Positions 1 through 9,455 of a DNA stretch of 45,233 nt are shown in pieces. The number at the start of each line of letters is the position of its first letter. The stretch's first letter is position 1. The stretch spans positions 1 to 45,233 of the forward strand of contig JAUSEG010000012.1 of NCBI GenBank assembly GCA_030650415.1, written 5' to 3'. This DNA comes from a bacterium. GTDB taxonomy: Bacteria; Patescibacteriota; Patescibacteriia; Patescibacteriales; GWC2-42-12. Position numbers and translations under genes: made by a program. The notes beneath the pieces were generated by a model. It worked only from the letters and a program-made list of their open reading frames with translations, was not told where the DNA came from and searched no databases.

Positions 1-1453
1 GCAAGATGAGCCCGTCAGGGCTCATGCTTGTGGATAAAGCGGACAAAGTGTTTCATAATGAGTTTGTATGAAGATCACTATGAAACACTTGCCGCTATTT
101 GGCAGTATAAGCCAAATGGAAGAATTTTTAAATACCAACAAGGAATTGGGCGTTCAATATGAGATTATCTCCAAAAGAGATAAATACGAATTCATTAAAA
201 ATTCTCTCTGGGCTGTTAAGTACAATAGCCTGAATAAGAAAGACAAACATACGGTTTTCCGCTACCTGAAATATCTGAGCAGCTATTCAAAAGCGCAGTT
301 AAAAAGGCTGGTTCGGAAATGGCGCCAGGGCAAACTGTTTTACCACCCGTCCAGGCAGAGGAATAAATTCGCGCTGAAATATTTTCCGTCTGACATCGCC
401 CTGCTCATTAAAACGGATGTCTGGCACGAATGCCTGTCCGGCGAAGCCACCAGAAAAATACTGAAACGAGAATTCGGAGTGTTCGGTCGGATTGAATACG
501 GCAATATCTCAAACATTTCTGCCGCGCATATTTACAACATCAGAAACAAAAATCGGCAGTACAATTCCAGCCAAGCCAAATTCTACAAACGCACCGAGGC
601 GACACAGACGAATATTGGAATCAGGCGCAAACCGGAGCCGAACGGCCAGCCCGGCTACCTGCGAGTAGATACTGTCCACCAGGGAGATTATCTAGGAAAT
701 AAAGGGGTTTACCACATAAATATAGTAGATGAAACAACGCAATACGAGCTAATCGCCACTGTGCCGAATATTTCGAAGCAATTTCTAAAGCCGGTGATTG
801 AAGAACTGTTAAAACTGTTTCCATTTCAGATCCATGAATTTCACGCCGACAACGGCTCGGAGTTCATCAATCAAACCGTGGTGGAAATTCTGAACGGATT
901 ACATATTGAATTAACCAAATCCCGATCCCGGCACACTAACGATAACGCGCTGGTGGAGTCAAAAAACGGCAGCGTTGTCAGAAAAATATTCGGCTCAAAT
1001 TTCATCGCCAAGAGATGGGCGGAGGCGATCAACCTCTTTAACAGAAAATATTTAAATATTTATCTGAACTACCACCGGCCCTGCGCCTTCGCCACCGGAG
1101 AGCCGGATCGACGAGGGAAAATCAAAAAACATTACAACAATTGGCTGACGCCGTATGAAAAATTTAAATCTCTCCCCAATGCCGAACAATACCTTAAACC
1201 GAATTTCAATTTTGCCGAATTAAATAAAATCGCCGGCCGATTGAGCGACAATCAGTTCGCCGAAGAAATGGGAAGAGAAAAACAAAAACTATTTAAATTG
1301 ATTAATGAAAATAACCGGCCGTAAAAACAAAATAAAAACAGCCCTTGCCGCCTGCGGCGGCAAGAGATAAAATAGAAGCAACCTTTACAAATTAACGCGC
1401 AAATTCATTAAAAACCACTTTCCAATTTGGGTATCATTTTAGAATTAGAGAAT
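1..1453 (+). mobile_element. Insertion sequence; ends uncertain, left end may be outside the window
   Basis: Transposase flanked by hairpins: ATGAGCCC-gtca-GGGCTCAT at 6-25 and CTTGCCGCC-tgc-GGCGGCAAG at ~1344-1364. No clean TIR or TSD seen. Confidence 0.5.
68..1324 (+). CDS. DDE integrase/transposase (rve fold, IS481-like/ISNCY)
   Basis: Catalytic-triad-like motifs RVDTVH, HADNGSEF and VESKNG; YLNYHRP near the C-terminus. Confidence 0.85.
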   Translation: MKITMKHLPLFGSISQMEEFLNTNKELGVQYEIISKRDKYEFIKNSLWAVKYNSLNKKDKHTVFRYLKYLSSYSKAQLKRLVRKWRQGKLFYHPSRQRNKFALKYFPSDIALLIKTDVWHECLSGEATRKILKREFGVFGRIEYGNISNISAAHIYNIRNKNRQYNSSQAKFYKRTEATQTNIGIRRKPEPNGQPGYLRVDTVHQGDYLGNKGVYHINIVDETTQYELIATVPNISKQFLKPVIEELLKLFPFQIHEFHADNGSEFINQTVVEILNGLHIELTKSRSRHTNDNALVESKNGSVVRKIFGSNFIAKRWAEAINLFNRKYLNIYLNYHRPCAFATGEPDRRGKIKKHYNNWLTPYEKFKSLPNAEQYLKPNFNFAELNKIAGRLSDNQFAEEMGREKQKLFKLINENNRP

Positions 1454-1458
1454 ACTCT

Positions 1459-1635
1459 ATGGGTTATTATTTTTGGCTTTATAGGAGCCCCAAGGATAAT
1501 AAGTACTATTGGAACTTTAGATCGGGCAATAATGAGATTATTTGTTGGTCCGAGGGTTATAATGCCGTGGAATCCGCGCTTCATTCAATCCAGCTTGTTA
1601 AGGGCTATGCCAGCACCGCACCCATAAGGCAATAA
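1459..1635 (+). CDS. YegP/DUF1508-family small protein, 58 aa (absent from ORF track)
   Basis: Manual translation MGYYFWLYRSPKDNKYYWNFRSGNNEIICWSEGYNAVESALHSIQLVKGYASTAPIRQ matches the Y-W..N.EII..SEGY..A..I..VK pattern. Confidence 0.8.
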   Translation: MGYYFWLYRSPKDNKYYWNFRSGNNEIICWSEGYNAVESALHSIQLVKGYASTAPIRQ

Positions 1636-1643
1636 TCTGTATC

Positions 1644-1677
1644 GGGGCAGCCGCTGGATATCACAAGCGGCTGCCCC
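1644..1677. terminator. GC-rich hairpin between convergent genes
   Basis: GGGGCAGCCGCT-N10-AGCGGCTGCCCC, perfect 12-bp stem. Confidence 0.6.
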
Positions 1678-1690
1678 CTAATTATTAATT

Positions 1691-1918
1691 TTACGAAATA
1701 CGATTTGCGTCACTTTCACGCAATTTCCGCGCAATATATTGAGCCAAACATGTTGTTATCTTAGTCATGCTTTCTTTTCTAAGCCTGGCGTCGATCTCGA
1801 AAAGCACGCCGAAAAAACCAACTAAGTTTTGTTTGGCTTCCCACACTTCCTCTGATTTTAATTCAAACTCTTTCATATAAAATTTTCGTTCATCCTCGGA
1901 TATCCCATCAATTTCCAT
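1691..1918 (-). CDS. Small hypothetical protein, paralog of 3307-3489
   Basis: WEAKQNLVGFFGVLFEIDARL versus WEASRNLSGFFSLLYKIDQRL. Confidence 0.7.
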   Translation of the reverse strand: MEIDGISEDERKFYMKEFELKSEEVWEAKQNLVGFFGVLFEIDARLRKESMTKITTCLAQYIARKLRESDANRIS

Positions 1919-1938
1919 AAATTTAAAATTTAATATTT

Positions 1939-2860
1939 ATACCTTAAGTTTAGTATGGTTTCGGCATCATTTCAACCATTTCCACCGCCTCCGCGTTCGT
2001 GGCTGGACACGGCTGGTGTGAGGCGGTGGGGCACGAACGCCGGAAACGAAACGAAAATGCTGAAAATAAAAGCGTGCGTCTAAGGTATGAAATTTATTTT
2101 TTAAAGGGCTTGCCTTTCGTTTCGATTACGAAACGAACGCCCTTTAAAAAATAAATTTCGTTCAATTGGTAAGTTAAAGCGTGAATGGTAAAAAGGGTTT
2201 GAGCACGTCCGACGGCGGGCGTGCGCCTAACTCGATTTTTTAAGACGCCTTTGAAAGTCGTCGTAAAAAACAAGTTAGGCGACGCCCTTGAGCCTGCATC
2301 GCCAAGTTCGCAGTGAATGGCGCGAAATTAAATGCCGTGAATTGGAGTGGTCGGGCGAAGTCCCACGAGAACGGCGGAAAGCGAAAACTAAAAAACTAAA
2401 AATTGAAATTGCGAAACGGCCGTCAGAAAAATAGCAAACGCTTGAAACCGGCGAAGCGTTTAATATTTTTCCGACCGCCGTTTCTTTAGATGAGGTTATC
2501 TTTTAGTTTTTCAGTTTTCGCTCACCGCCTGCTTGAATGGCAGGGTAAATGCCGAGAGGTAAAAGTTTTCGGAAGTTGCGGGCGGGATGTTATTCGTGCG
2601 GCTCGCCAGGTTCGTGCTCCGCCCGCCTAAACAACACATCTCGCTATAAATTCACGCCATATTTTTTTTCATGGCGCTTAAAAACCGCCCGGAACAGGGT
2701 GCCGCCATTTCTCATGGCGCGGATTTCGGCCACATGTTCGGGCATACGGATTGAGCAGTGTTCGTGGTTGATTCCTTTAAGGTGGGATCGTAAAATTTTA
2801 TTTCAGTTCGTTTTTTGTCCTGTTTCTTGAGTTGCGGAACTTTCTTGTTTTAAAGTTCGT
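1939..2860. other. Highly structured non-coding region (candidate ncRNA or ssDNA origin)
   Basis: Contiguous long inverted repeats at 1939-2088, 2089-2159, 2217-2287 and 2373-2529, plus several smaller ones to ~2858. Confidence 0.65.
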
Positions 2861-2888
2861 TTTTATTTTTCGTTTAGTATATTGTTCG

Positions 2889-3335
2889 TTAGTGCATTTG
2901 CATTTTACTCGCAAGATTTAATATGCTTTCTTTTAAAATTTTCTTTTTATCTTTAATTGGTGTCTTGGGGACGCCATCTCCTGGCGTGCCGGCCACACCA
3001 GCCCTGGTGTTCCAGCGATGGAAACTTTCTTCGTTTATTGAGTACTTATGCACAGGATTATATCCCATGTCGGTTCCGGCGCTTTGGAAAATTATTTCGT
3101 TATCAGCTAATTTTTTTAAAACTTTAGAAATATTCCAATGATTAGTTTTTATCATCTCTTCGAATAACCTCAAACTTATCTCCGCTTCTTTACGATGATA
3201 TCCGTATGTTTGACGGATAATCGCTAGGAGGACTCTCATTTGAAGCGGACCAAAACTCGAACCGATCAGGTACTTTAAAATATCGTTATAAAGCATTGTA
3301 AATTTTCTACTTGGTTGTTCGTTGTATATTTTCAT
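2889..3335 (-). CDS. Phage replication protein O-like (N-terminal wHTH domain only)
   Basis: FT.L.N.IL..L....F...QMRVLLAIIRQTYGYHRK...IS resembles the lambda O N-terminal family. Confidence 0.75.
   Translation of the reverse strand: MKIYNEQPSRKFTMLYNDILKYLIGSSFGPLQMRVLLAIIRQTYGYHRKEAEISLRLFEEMIKTNHWNISKVLKKLADNEIIFQSAGTDMGYNPVHKYSINEESFHRWNTRAGVAGTPGDGVPKTPIKDKKKILKESILNLASKMQMH
2958..3023. repeat. Iteron-like 19-bp hyphenated palindromes within the O-like gene
   Basis: TGGTGT-N7-ACGCCA (2958-2976), TGGCGT-N7-ACACCA (2982-3000) and a half copy at 3005; AT-rich tract adjacent at ~2915-2957. Confidence 0.6.
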
Positions 3336-3489
3336 TTTGTATATTTCTTTCTTTTTTTAAACGTTGATCAATTTTATAAAGCAAACTAAAAAATCCAGAG
3401 AGATTCCGACTTGCTTCCCATTGCTCCTCGGGTTTTATATTCGAGGTATCGAGAATGCGCAGTTGTTTGAGATTAGAAATTTTTTCCAT
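3307..3489 (-). CDS. Small hypothetical protein, paralog of 1691-1918
   Basis: Shared NL.GFF..L..ID.RL motif; overlaps the start of the O-like gene. Confidence 0.7.
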   Translation of the reverse strand: MEKISNLKQLRILDTSNIKPEEQWEASRNLSGFFSLLYKIDQRLKKERNIQNENIQRTTK

Positions 3490-3621
3490 ACAAAAAAGCT
3501 AAGTATCTCCATGTACTTAGCTTAACACTTTTTATAGATTTTACCACTAATATTAGCCTAAATTCTCGTATGCACACGAGTTGTTACTATTGCTCGTAAC
3601 TGAAGCCAGCCGGTTGCTCTA

Positions 3622-4365
3622 TTAAGTCTTTTGTCTGCGCTTTTTTTCTCTTCCCAGTATGATAGATATGTTTGTAACGCTGAAATCTGCTTCGTAGCCT
3701 CTACTTTTTAATTCATTTAATATCTGCTGGCGGGTAAACTCCGGATGATCTTTGGCAATTTTGTAAATCTTGTCGTTCCTTTCGCGGCTAGGGTATTCTT
3801 TCTTTCCTTTTACATGGGAAAAAATATTTACGTCTCTATTTTTAGGGCTCCATTGATAACTTTTTTGCGCTTTCATTACTACCGGCCGCCATATATGTTT
3901 AATGTCCTCTATTGTTGTTAATTCATTGATTTGAATTTGCAGATGGTAATTTATCGTAGGAAAATAATCTGAAATTAAAATTGCCGGCACGCATTTAAAG
4001 ATGCGCTTCTTAGGTATGCCGAAAAGCATGGCCGTTGTGATTCTCTTAAATATTCTGCGATTAATTTTTTTGGGCTCGCAGAAATCCATATTAAAATTGT
4101 CAAAGATATAGCGTTCCAGTTGCAAAGCATTGCCTTTGGTAAAATAATCGCTCCAATGTTCCAGCGATAGCTGTATAAGATCGTCAAGTTTATTTGAGCC
4201 ATTATCGATTTCAGCTTCTTCAAAAAGACCAGGCTTAATATCAAAGTTTTCTCTACATTTATTGATTGCGGTAATGACATTTTCATTTATAAAAATATCT
4301 GAAATCGACTCTTCAATTTTTTGAGCCGCGAGTATTTCTGCTTTGGTCTTATTGGCATCGTTCAT
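3622..4365 (-). CDS. Hypothetical protein with possible C-terminal HTH
   Basis: 247-aa ORF; C-terminal ERNDKIY...TRQQI...SVTNISIIL looks HTH-like. Confidence 0.55.
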   Translation of the reverse strand: MNDANKTKAEILAAQKIEESISDIFINENVITAINKCRENFDIKPGLFEEAEIDNGSNKLDDLIQLSLEHWSDYFTKGNALQLERYIFDNFNMDFCEPKKINRRIFKRITTAMLFGIPKKRIFKCVPAILISDYFPTINYHLQIQINELTTIEDIKHIWRPVVMKAQKSYQWSPKNRDVNIFSHVKGKKEYPSRERNDKIYKIAKDHPEFTRQQILNELKSRGYEADFSVTNISIILGREKKRRQKT

Positions 4366-4512
4366 AAATTTCTATTGCTTGCCTATATTTTAACTTAGTA
4401 TTAAGATTAATTCAACGATTTTCTGACCGATTAGCCAAATTCACCACGCAAATTTTTAATTAGACGATGAAGCAGAAAAGGGATTGAGAAAATTTAAATT
4501 GGTAAAAATTAC

Positions 4513-6678
4513 ATGAATTTAACTCCTCAAGAAAAAATTAGCTTGTTTAAATCCTTGTTCCGCGGGCGTGAGGAAGTTTTTGCTGTTTATTGGGAGAAAG
4601 CCGATAAATCAGCCAGCGGATATACGCCAGCCTGTTTGAACGAATGGAAAGCCGGGGTATGCTATAAATTGCAAAGACAAAAATGCAAAGATTGTCCGCA
4701 TGCCAACTACACCGGGTTGAATGATTATTATATTGAGGAGCATTTGCGAGGCAATAAAATTTATGGAATCTATCCATTACTTGAAGATAATCATTCTTAT
4801 TTCATTGCCGCTGATTTTGATGGTAAGAATTGGGAGAAGGATATTTTAAGGTTTTATAAAAAATGTAAAGAATATAATTTACCGGCATATATTGAGAGAT
4901 CAAAGTCCGGCAATGGCGGGCATGCCTGGATTTTTTTTGAAGATAAATATCCGGCATTCAGAAGCCGCAATATTATGGTAAATATTTTACGAGAGGCAAA
5001 GATAATTGATCAGTTTGCCAAGGAAGACAGCTTTGACCGCTTATTTCCCAACCAGGATGAACATAGCGGCAAAGGTTTTGGCAACCTGATTGCCTTACCT
5101 GTGCAGGGTAAGGCCAGGGAAAATAATAATACGATTTTTTTAAATCCCGAAAATGGGTTATTACCGATTGACGATCAGTGGGAGTTGTTAAAAAATATTA
5201 AAAAAATTTCTATCGCTCATTTAGATAAGCTTTATAATAAATTTAACGGCGCTGGTAATTCTGATAATAAAAAAGGATCAAATTTCTCAAAGCAGTTAAC
5301 CATAACCGTCGCGGAAAAAATTTATATCAACAAAATTAATTTACCAAGGGCGCTGGTAAATTTTTTGCGGGATGAATTGAATTTTATAAATTCTGAATTT
5401 TTGATTAAGAAAAGAATGGGGTTGAGTACTTACAAAATTGAAAGATATTTTAAACTGATTGAATCGGAAGAGAATAATTATGCCATACCGAGAGGATTTT
5501 TAAGTGAGCTAGTAAATTTTTTAAACGAGAAGAATATCAAATTTGTCCTTAATGATAAGCGTAAAAAATGCGAAGCCGTAAAATTAGAGAGCACCTGCAA
5601 ATTATACGACTATCAGCAGGAAGCGGTTAAGGATATGCTGGCCGAAGATAATGGCGTGCTTGTCGCGCCGCCCGGCGCCGGCAAAACGATAATGGGTATT
5701 GAAATAATTTCTCAATTAAAACAGCCAACCCTAATTTTAGTTCATAAAAAACAGATTTATAGCCAATGGCTCCAAAGGATTGAAAGTTTCATGAATATCC
5801 CCAAAAGAGAAATTGGCCAGATATGCGGGAATAAAAAAACGGTTGGAGATAAAATTACGGTGGCCATGCTTCAAACCTTGTCCAATACTGATAATTTTGC
5901 CGAATTGGGACTTAATAATATCGGCTTGGTTTTAGTTGATGAGTGCCACCATATTCCGGCCAAAACATTCAGGAAGGTCGTAACTAAACTCAATCCATAT
6001 TATCTCTATGGTTTCACGGCCACGCCGAAAAGAAAAAATAATGATGAAAAATTGATTTATATTTATTTGGGAAAAATTTTGCACACGATTAGCAATTTTA
6101 CCAACCAAATAAAAGATGATAAATTTAAATTAGAAGAAAACATTAAAACAGAGGTGATAATTAAAAATACGGAGATAGATGTGCCATTTAAAGTTAAAAT
6201 AGACAATTTTCAAATCCTGTCTAAAATCATTATCTTTGATTCTAACCGCAATAAATTAATTATAGATGACATTAAAAAAGAAGCCGACAATGGAGCCAAA
6301 TGTTTAATACTAACCGAAAGAAAGGAACATGTTGAAGTTTTAAGCTATTATTTAAAGGGTAATTACGAGATTATAACTTTAACGGGCGAGTTGACTGAAA
6401 AACAGAAGAATGAAAAGTTAAAGCAAATTGAGGCCGGAAATTTTCAGATTATAATTGCCACCGGCCAGCTTATCGGCGAAGGCACGGATTTTCCAAATTT
6501 GAATTGCTTATTTTTAGTTTATCCTTTTGCGTTTGAAGGCAAGCTCGTGCAATACATCGGGCGGATCCAACGAGGTCAGAATTTGAGTAGCACCATTTAT
6601 GATTATCGAGATATAAAAATAAGCTATCTTGAAAAATTTTATAAAAAGCGGGAAAAGTATTATAAAAAACACTTTTAG
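4513..6678 (+). CDS. AEP-type primase domain fused to SF2 (DEAD/DEAH) helicase
   Basis: AEP motifs AADFD, ERSKSGNGGHAW, GNLIALP; helicase motifs PGAGKT, DECHH, TATP, QYIGRIQR. Confidence 0.85.
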   Translation: MNLTPQEKISLFKSLFRGREEVFAVYWEKADKSASGYTPACLNEWKAGVCYKLQRQKCKDCPHANYTGLNDYYIEEHLRGNKIYGIYPLLEDNHSYFIAADFDGKNWEKDILRFYKKCKEYNLPAYIERSKSGNGGHAWIFFEDKYPAFRSRNIMVNILREAKIIDQFAKEDSFDRLFPNQDEHSGKGFGNLIALPVQGKARENNNTIFLNPENGLLPIDDQWELLKNIKKISIAHLDKLYNKFNGAGNSDNKKGSNFSKQLTITVAEKIYINKINLPRALVNFLRDELNFINSEFLIKKRMGLSTYKIERYFKLIESEENNYAIPRGFLSELVNFLNEKNIKFVLNDKRKKCEAVKLESTCKLYDYQQEAVKDMLAEDNGVLVAPPGAGKTIMGIEIISQLKQPTLILVHKKQIYSQWLQRIESFMNIPKREIGQICGNKKTVGDKITVAMLQTLSNTDNFAELGLNNIGLVLVDECHHIPAKTFRKVVTKLNPYYLYGFTATPKRKNNDEKLIYIYLGKILHTISNFTNQIKDDKFKLEENIKTEVIIKNTEIDVPFKVKIDNFQILSKIIIFDSNRNKLIIDDIKKEADNGAKCLILTERKEHVEVLSYYLKGNYEIITLTGELTEKQKNEKLKQIEAGNFQIIIATGQLIGEGTDFPNLNCLFLVYPFAFEGKLVQYIGRIQRGQNLSSTIYDYRDIKISYLEKFYKKREKYYKKHF

Positions 6679-6761
6679 GGAAGCAAATTTTAAAAATGTT
6701 ATAGAGGATATTTATCAAGATAATAAAGATTAATTTTTATGGAGTTTTTATCAAAGATTCA

Positions 6762-6862
6762 AGGTTTTGTGCTAAATTTATCATTCAATTTTTGAAATAT
6801 AGCCAATTCCCCGGCCAGTTTATCCCAATTCATTTTACTGAACTCGTCGTATAACTGACCCA
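6762..6862. repeat. 101-bp direct repeat, copy 1 (att-like)
   Basis: Ungapped match to 10029-10129 with 12 mismatches, counted by hand. Confidence 0.9.
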
Positions 6863-6881
6863 CATATTTTTTTGAGTTGTT

Positions 6882-6917
6882 TAACAAAAAACCGCCTTTA
6901 TTGGTGGTTTTTTGTTA
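6882..6917. terminator. Bidirectional intrinsic terminator
   Basis: TAACAAAAAACCGCC-tttatt-GGTGGTTTTTTGTTA. Confidence 0.7.
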
Positions 6918-6936
6918 CTTGCATATTTTATAAATA

Positions 6937-7815
6937 CTAAAATAGTTTGTTTATATCTACCAAATAGACCTTACCCGTTTGTTTTATAAAGAAATTATCC
7001 CCCGACCAACCCCATTCATATGCAGGAGAATAGGCTCCGGGGTCAAAATCTAAGTTATTAAATATCTTTTTTATTGTTGTCCCATTTGAAATACTAAATC
7101 CATGTTTAACACACCCCATCTCGAAAGCACTCCTTGTGCAATATCCTACAACGAAAAATTTTTCTGCATCTGTTTTTTTAAAAAACATAACGCTATTGGA
7201 AGTATGCGCTGTATATTTTGATGTCTCCCTGTCTACACCTAAAAGAGTAAATATGCCTGTTTCCGGACTGAAAAAATAATAATTATCAGTACGCGGAGTA
7301 AATTTAATTTGACTGCCGGGTACGGTGCCATTAGAAAAGTAGTGTATTAATAAATCCTTGCCTATCCAGGCGCAGTCAACTATATATGCCGGTGGCACAG
7401 GATATGAATATGTTTCTAATTCCTTGGTTTTAAGGTTAATGAACTTTAAATCAGTAAATGTACAAGAATATAGAATGTAGGCGCTGTCTATTGGTCTTGG
7501 CGTTAAAAATTTTACCGCATCAATCACCCCATTTTTTGGTCCAGCAGTTAACTTTAAATTTTCCAATTTTTTAATTTCCGATGGATCAATATTTTTAATT
7601 TCCTTGAGATCTACTCGCACAGGTCCAGGTTCAATATGATAACTTTCATTATACTTTACTCCTTTATAATTATTAATATCCGGACCAGTAATTATCTTAA
7701 CATTAGGATCGAGAGAGTAGAATTTTTTATAAGAAACTACATAACCAATAACTACTAATATAGTTAAGGAAATTATGATAGCCAAAATTATAACCGTAAT
7801 TAATGTTTTTTTCAT
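6937..7815 (-). CDS. Hypothetical membrane-anchored/exported protein
   Basis: N-terminal MKK plus hydrophobic helix; beta-rich remainder; very low GC. Confidence 0.65.
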   Translation of the reverse strand: MKKTLITVIILAIIISLTILVVIGYVVSYKKFYSLDPNVKIITGPDINNYKGVKYNESYHIEPGPVRVDLKEIKNIDPSEIKKLENLKLTAGPKNGVIDAVKFLTPRPIDSAYILYSCTFTDLKFINLKTKELETYSYPVPPAYIVDCAWIGKDLLIHYFSNGTVPGSQIKFTPRTDNYYFFSPETGIFTLLGVDRETSKYTAHTSNSVMFFKKTDAEKFFVVGYCTRSAFEMGCVKHGFSISNGTTIKKIFNNLDFDPGAYSPAYEWGWSGDNFFIKQTGKVYLVDINKLF

Positions 7816-7994
7816 AGGGTTTAGATTTAAATATAAATTGACATTAATATCTCTATTTTACCCCAATATTAAGAAAATGTATACAAATAGCGCCGCGTCT
7901 ACTGAGTTATAAGATAGCTCCATAAGAGATCCAGACTGTAATGAGTATTGGCATAAAGCACCCCCGCAAAGGGTGTTTTATTTTTGTTTAATTT

Positions 7995-8756
7995 TTATAC
8001 TCCGCTTAGCTGGCGGTTAAGTTCTCTTTCAAGCATAGCCGGAAAGTCTTTTATAATCTGATGTTGATCCATGGGCAGGAAAGTTCCGAGTTCGCCTTTG
8101 AAATTAATTTTTTTTGCGTCGGCCAGTATTTTATTTTTAACTTCGGCCAGTTTCTTTTTTTGTTCGGCGGAAATCATGCCTTTGCGCATCATGAAATAAA
8201 GATCATAAAAGTCTCGCGGTTTTTTTCGTTCCAAGAGTGCGCCAAAAATTTTTTCTTCCACCAAATCATTTTGTGATAGATGGATAATCGTGTAGGTCGG
8301 CGTGAAATCGTTGGCCACGCTGTCCACTTCGCCCATAATGCTCTTGCCATTGCGGGCCGAGACGTTTATTTCCACGCTGACCGGCGGATAATCAAGCAGG
8401 CGGAAAGTGGCAACGCCGAAATAACCGCCGCTGGTAACGCCAATTTTATCGCCAATTTCAACTTTTATATTAGCGCTGGACATCTCCGCTAAAACGTGGA
8501 CAAAGAGCTCTTCAATAAATGATTTAACCTTATTCCGCGCTACGCCAAAAAGAGAAAAATCCAAGTCCTCGGAAAAACGCGGACTGTTGTAAATAACGCG
8601 CAGGGCGGTTCCGCCCTTGAAAAGCAATTTTTGAGAGTCCGGTAATTTATATAATTCCGACAAAAAAACCTGCTGAAAATATTCCCTGATAATATTGGGA
8701 AATAATCCCATTTGGTATTGCTTGCTTAATTTTTCTAATGATTCGATTGAAATCAT
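7995..8756 (-). CDS. AbiEii/AbiGii-family nucleotidyltransferase toxin (type IV TA)
   Basis: LFKGGTAL...RFSEDLDFS, EKI.AL..R, RDFYDLY. Confidence 0.9.
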   Translation of the reverse strand: MISIESLEKLSKQYQMGLFPNIIREYFQQVFLSELYKLPDSQKLLFKGGTALRVIYNSPRFSEDLDFSLFGVARNKVKSFIEELFVHVLAEMSSANIKVEIGDKIGVTSGGYFGVATFRLLDYPPVSVEINVSARNGKSIMGEVDSVANDFTPTYTIIHLSQNDLVEEKIFGALLERKKPRDFYDLYFMMRKGMISAEQKKKLAEVKNKILADAKKINFKGELGTFLPMDQHQIIKDFPAMLERELNRQLSGV

Positions 8757-8774
8757 AGGTTGATTATTTATTAT

Positions 8775-9374
8775 TTATTTCAATGTGGTTTTTATTACGC
8801 TTATAAGTTTTTTATTATTAAATAGCAAGGCGTAGGCTATGGCTTTTTCTGGATTAATTTTTTCTTTATTAAATCGAGAAATCGGCTCCTGCTTATTCCT
8901 TAATCGTAAGTAATTTGTATCTACGAAGGCTTTTTCGGCGTTAGCAATATTAAAATTTAACCCTTGCTGTTCTTTAATTTCGTAGCCGGTATAGGCGGCC
9001 TTTTTTATTCCGCGATAAGAAAAAATTTTTCCTAATGTTTCAAAACGGCGAGTTGTCTTAGTGGTGACCGAAGTAATTTCATAAACCGTTTCGGGGATTA
9101 CGCCATGATAGGACAAGGCAAATTCCAGAGAAATATAAGACGGACTGCAAAGTTTATTGGCAATATAAACATCCGGCGGTAAAACACCCGGAAAGGCGTA
9201 TAATCCTCGTTTAAGCTGTGTTATAAACCCTTGCTTTTTATATCTATGAAGCAAAGAGGTAGTGGCAACGGCAGACACGCCAAAAAGCGAGCGGATATCG
9301 TTAGCGCCGAATATATAGAGCTTTTTCTCCTTTATTTTAGCCGAAAAAAATGTTTGATTGATTAACTTAGTCAT
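8775..9374 (-). CDS. AbiEi-family antitoxin
   Basis: LKRGLY, PSYISLEFALSYHGVIPE, AEKAFVD; directly upstream of AbiEii. Confidence 0.88.
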   Translation of the reverse strand: MTKLINQTFFSAKIKEKKLYIFGANDIRSLFGVSAVATTSLLHRYKKQGFITQLKRGLYAFPGVLPPDVYIANKLCSPSYISLEFALSYHGVIPETVYEITSVTTKTTRRFETLGKIFSYRGIKKAAYTGYEIKEQQGLNFNIANAEKAFVDTNYLRLRNKQEPISRFNKEKINPEKAIAYALLFNNKKLISVIKTTLK

Positions 9375-9416
9375 ATTGCCAATTTATCAGAGCTTTATAA
9401 AAATGTCAAGTTTTAA

Positions 9417-9445
9417 CAAAAAACACGCCCGCGAGCGTGTTTTTG
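9417..9445. terminator. Intrinsic terminator downstream of hicA
   Basis: AAAAACACGC-ccgcga-GCGTGTTTTT. Confidence 0.65.
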
Positions 9446-9455
9446 AAATTTTTAT

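Noticed and set aside
1427-1627. 66-aa ORF from the track
   Set aside because: The overlapping frame 1459-1635 gives a recognisable YegP-like protein.
2549-2830. 93-aa ORF
   Set aside because: No motifs; lies within the hairpin-dense region.
1939-2860. Retron msr-msd or group I/II intron
   Set aside because: No reverse transcriptase, no recognisable intron catalytic motifs, and no interrupted gene.
1691-6678. Complete prophage
   Set aside because: No capsid, terminase, tail or lysis genes in the window.
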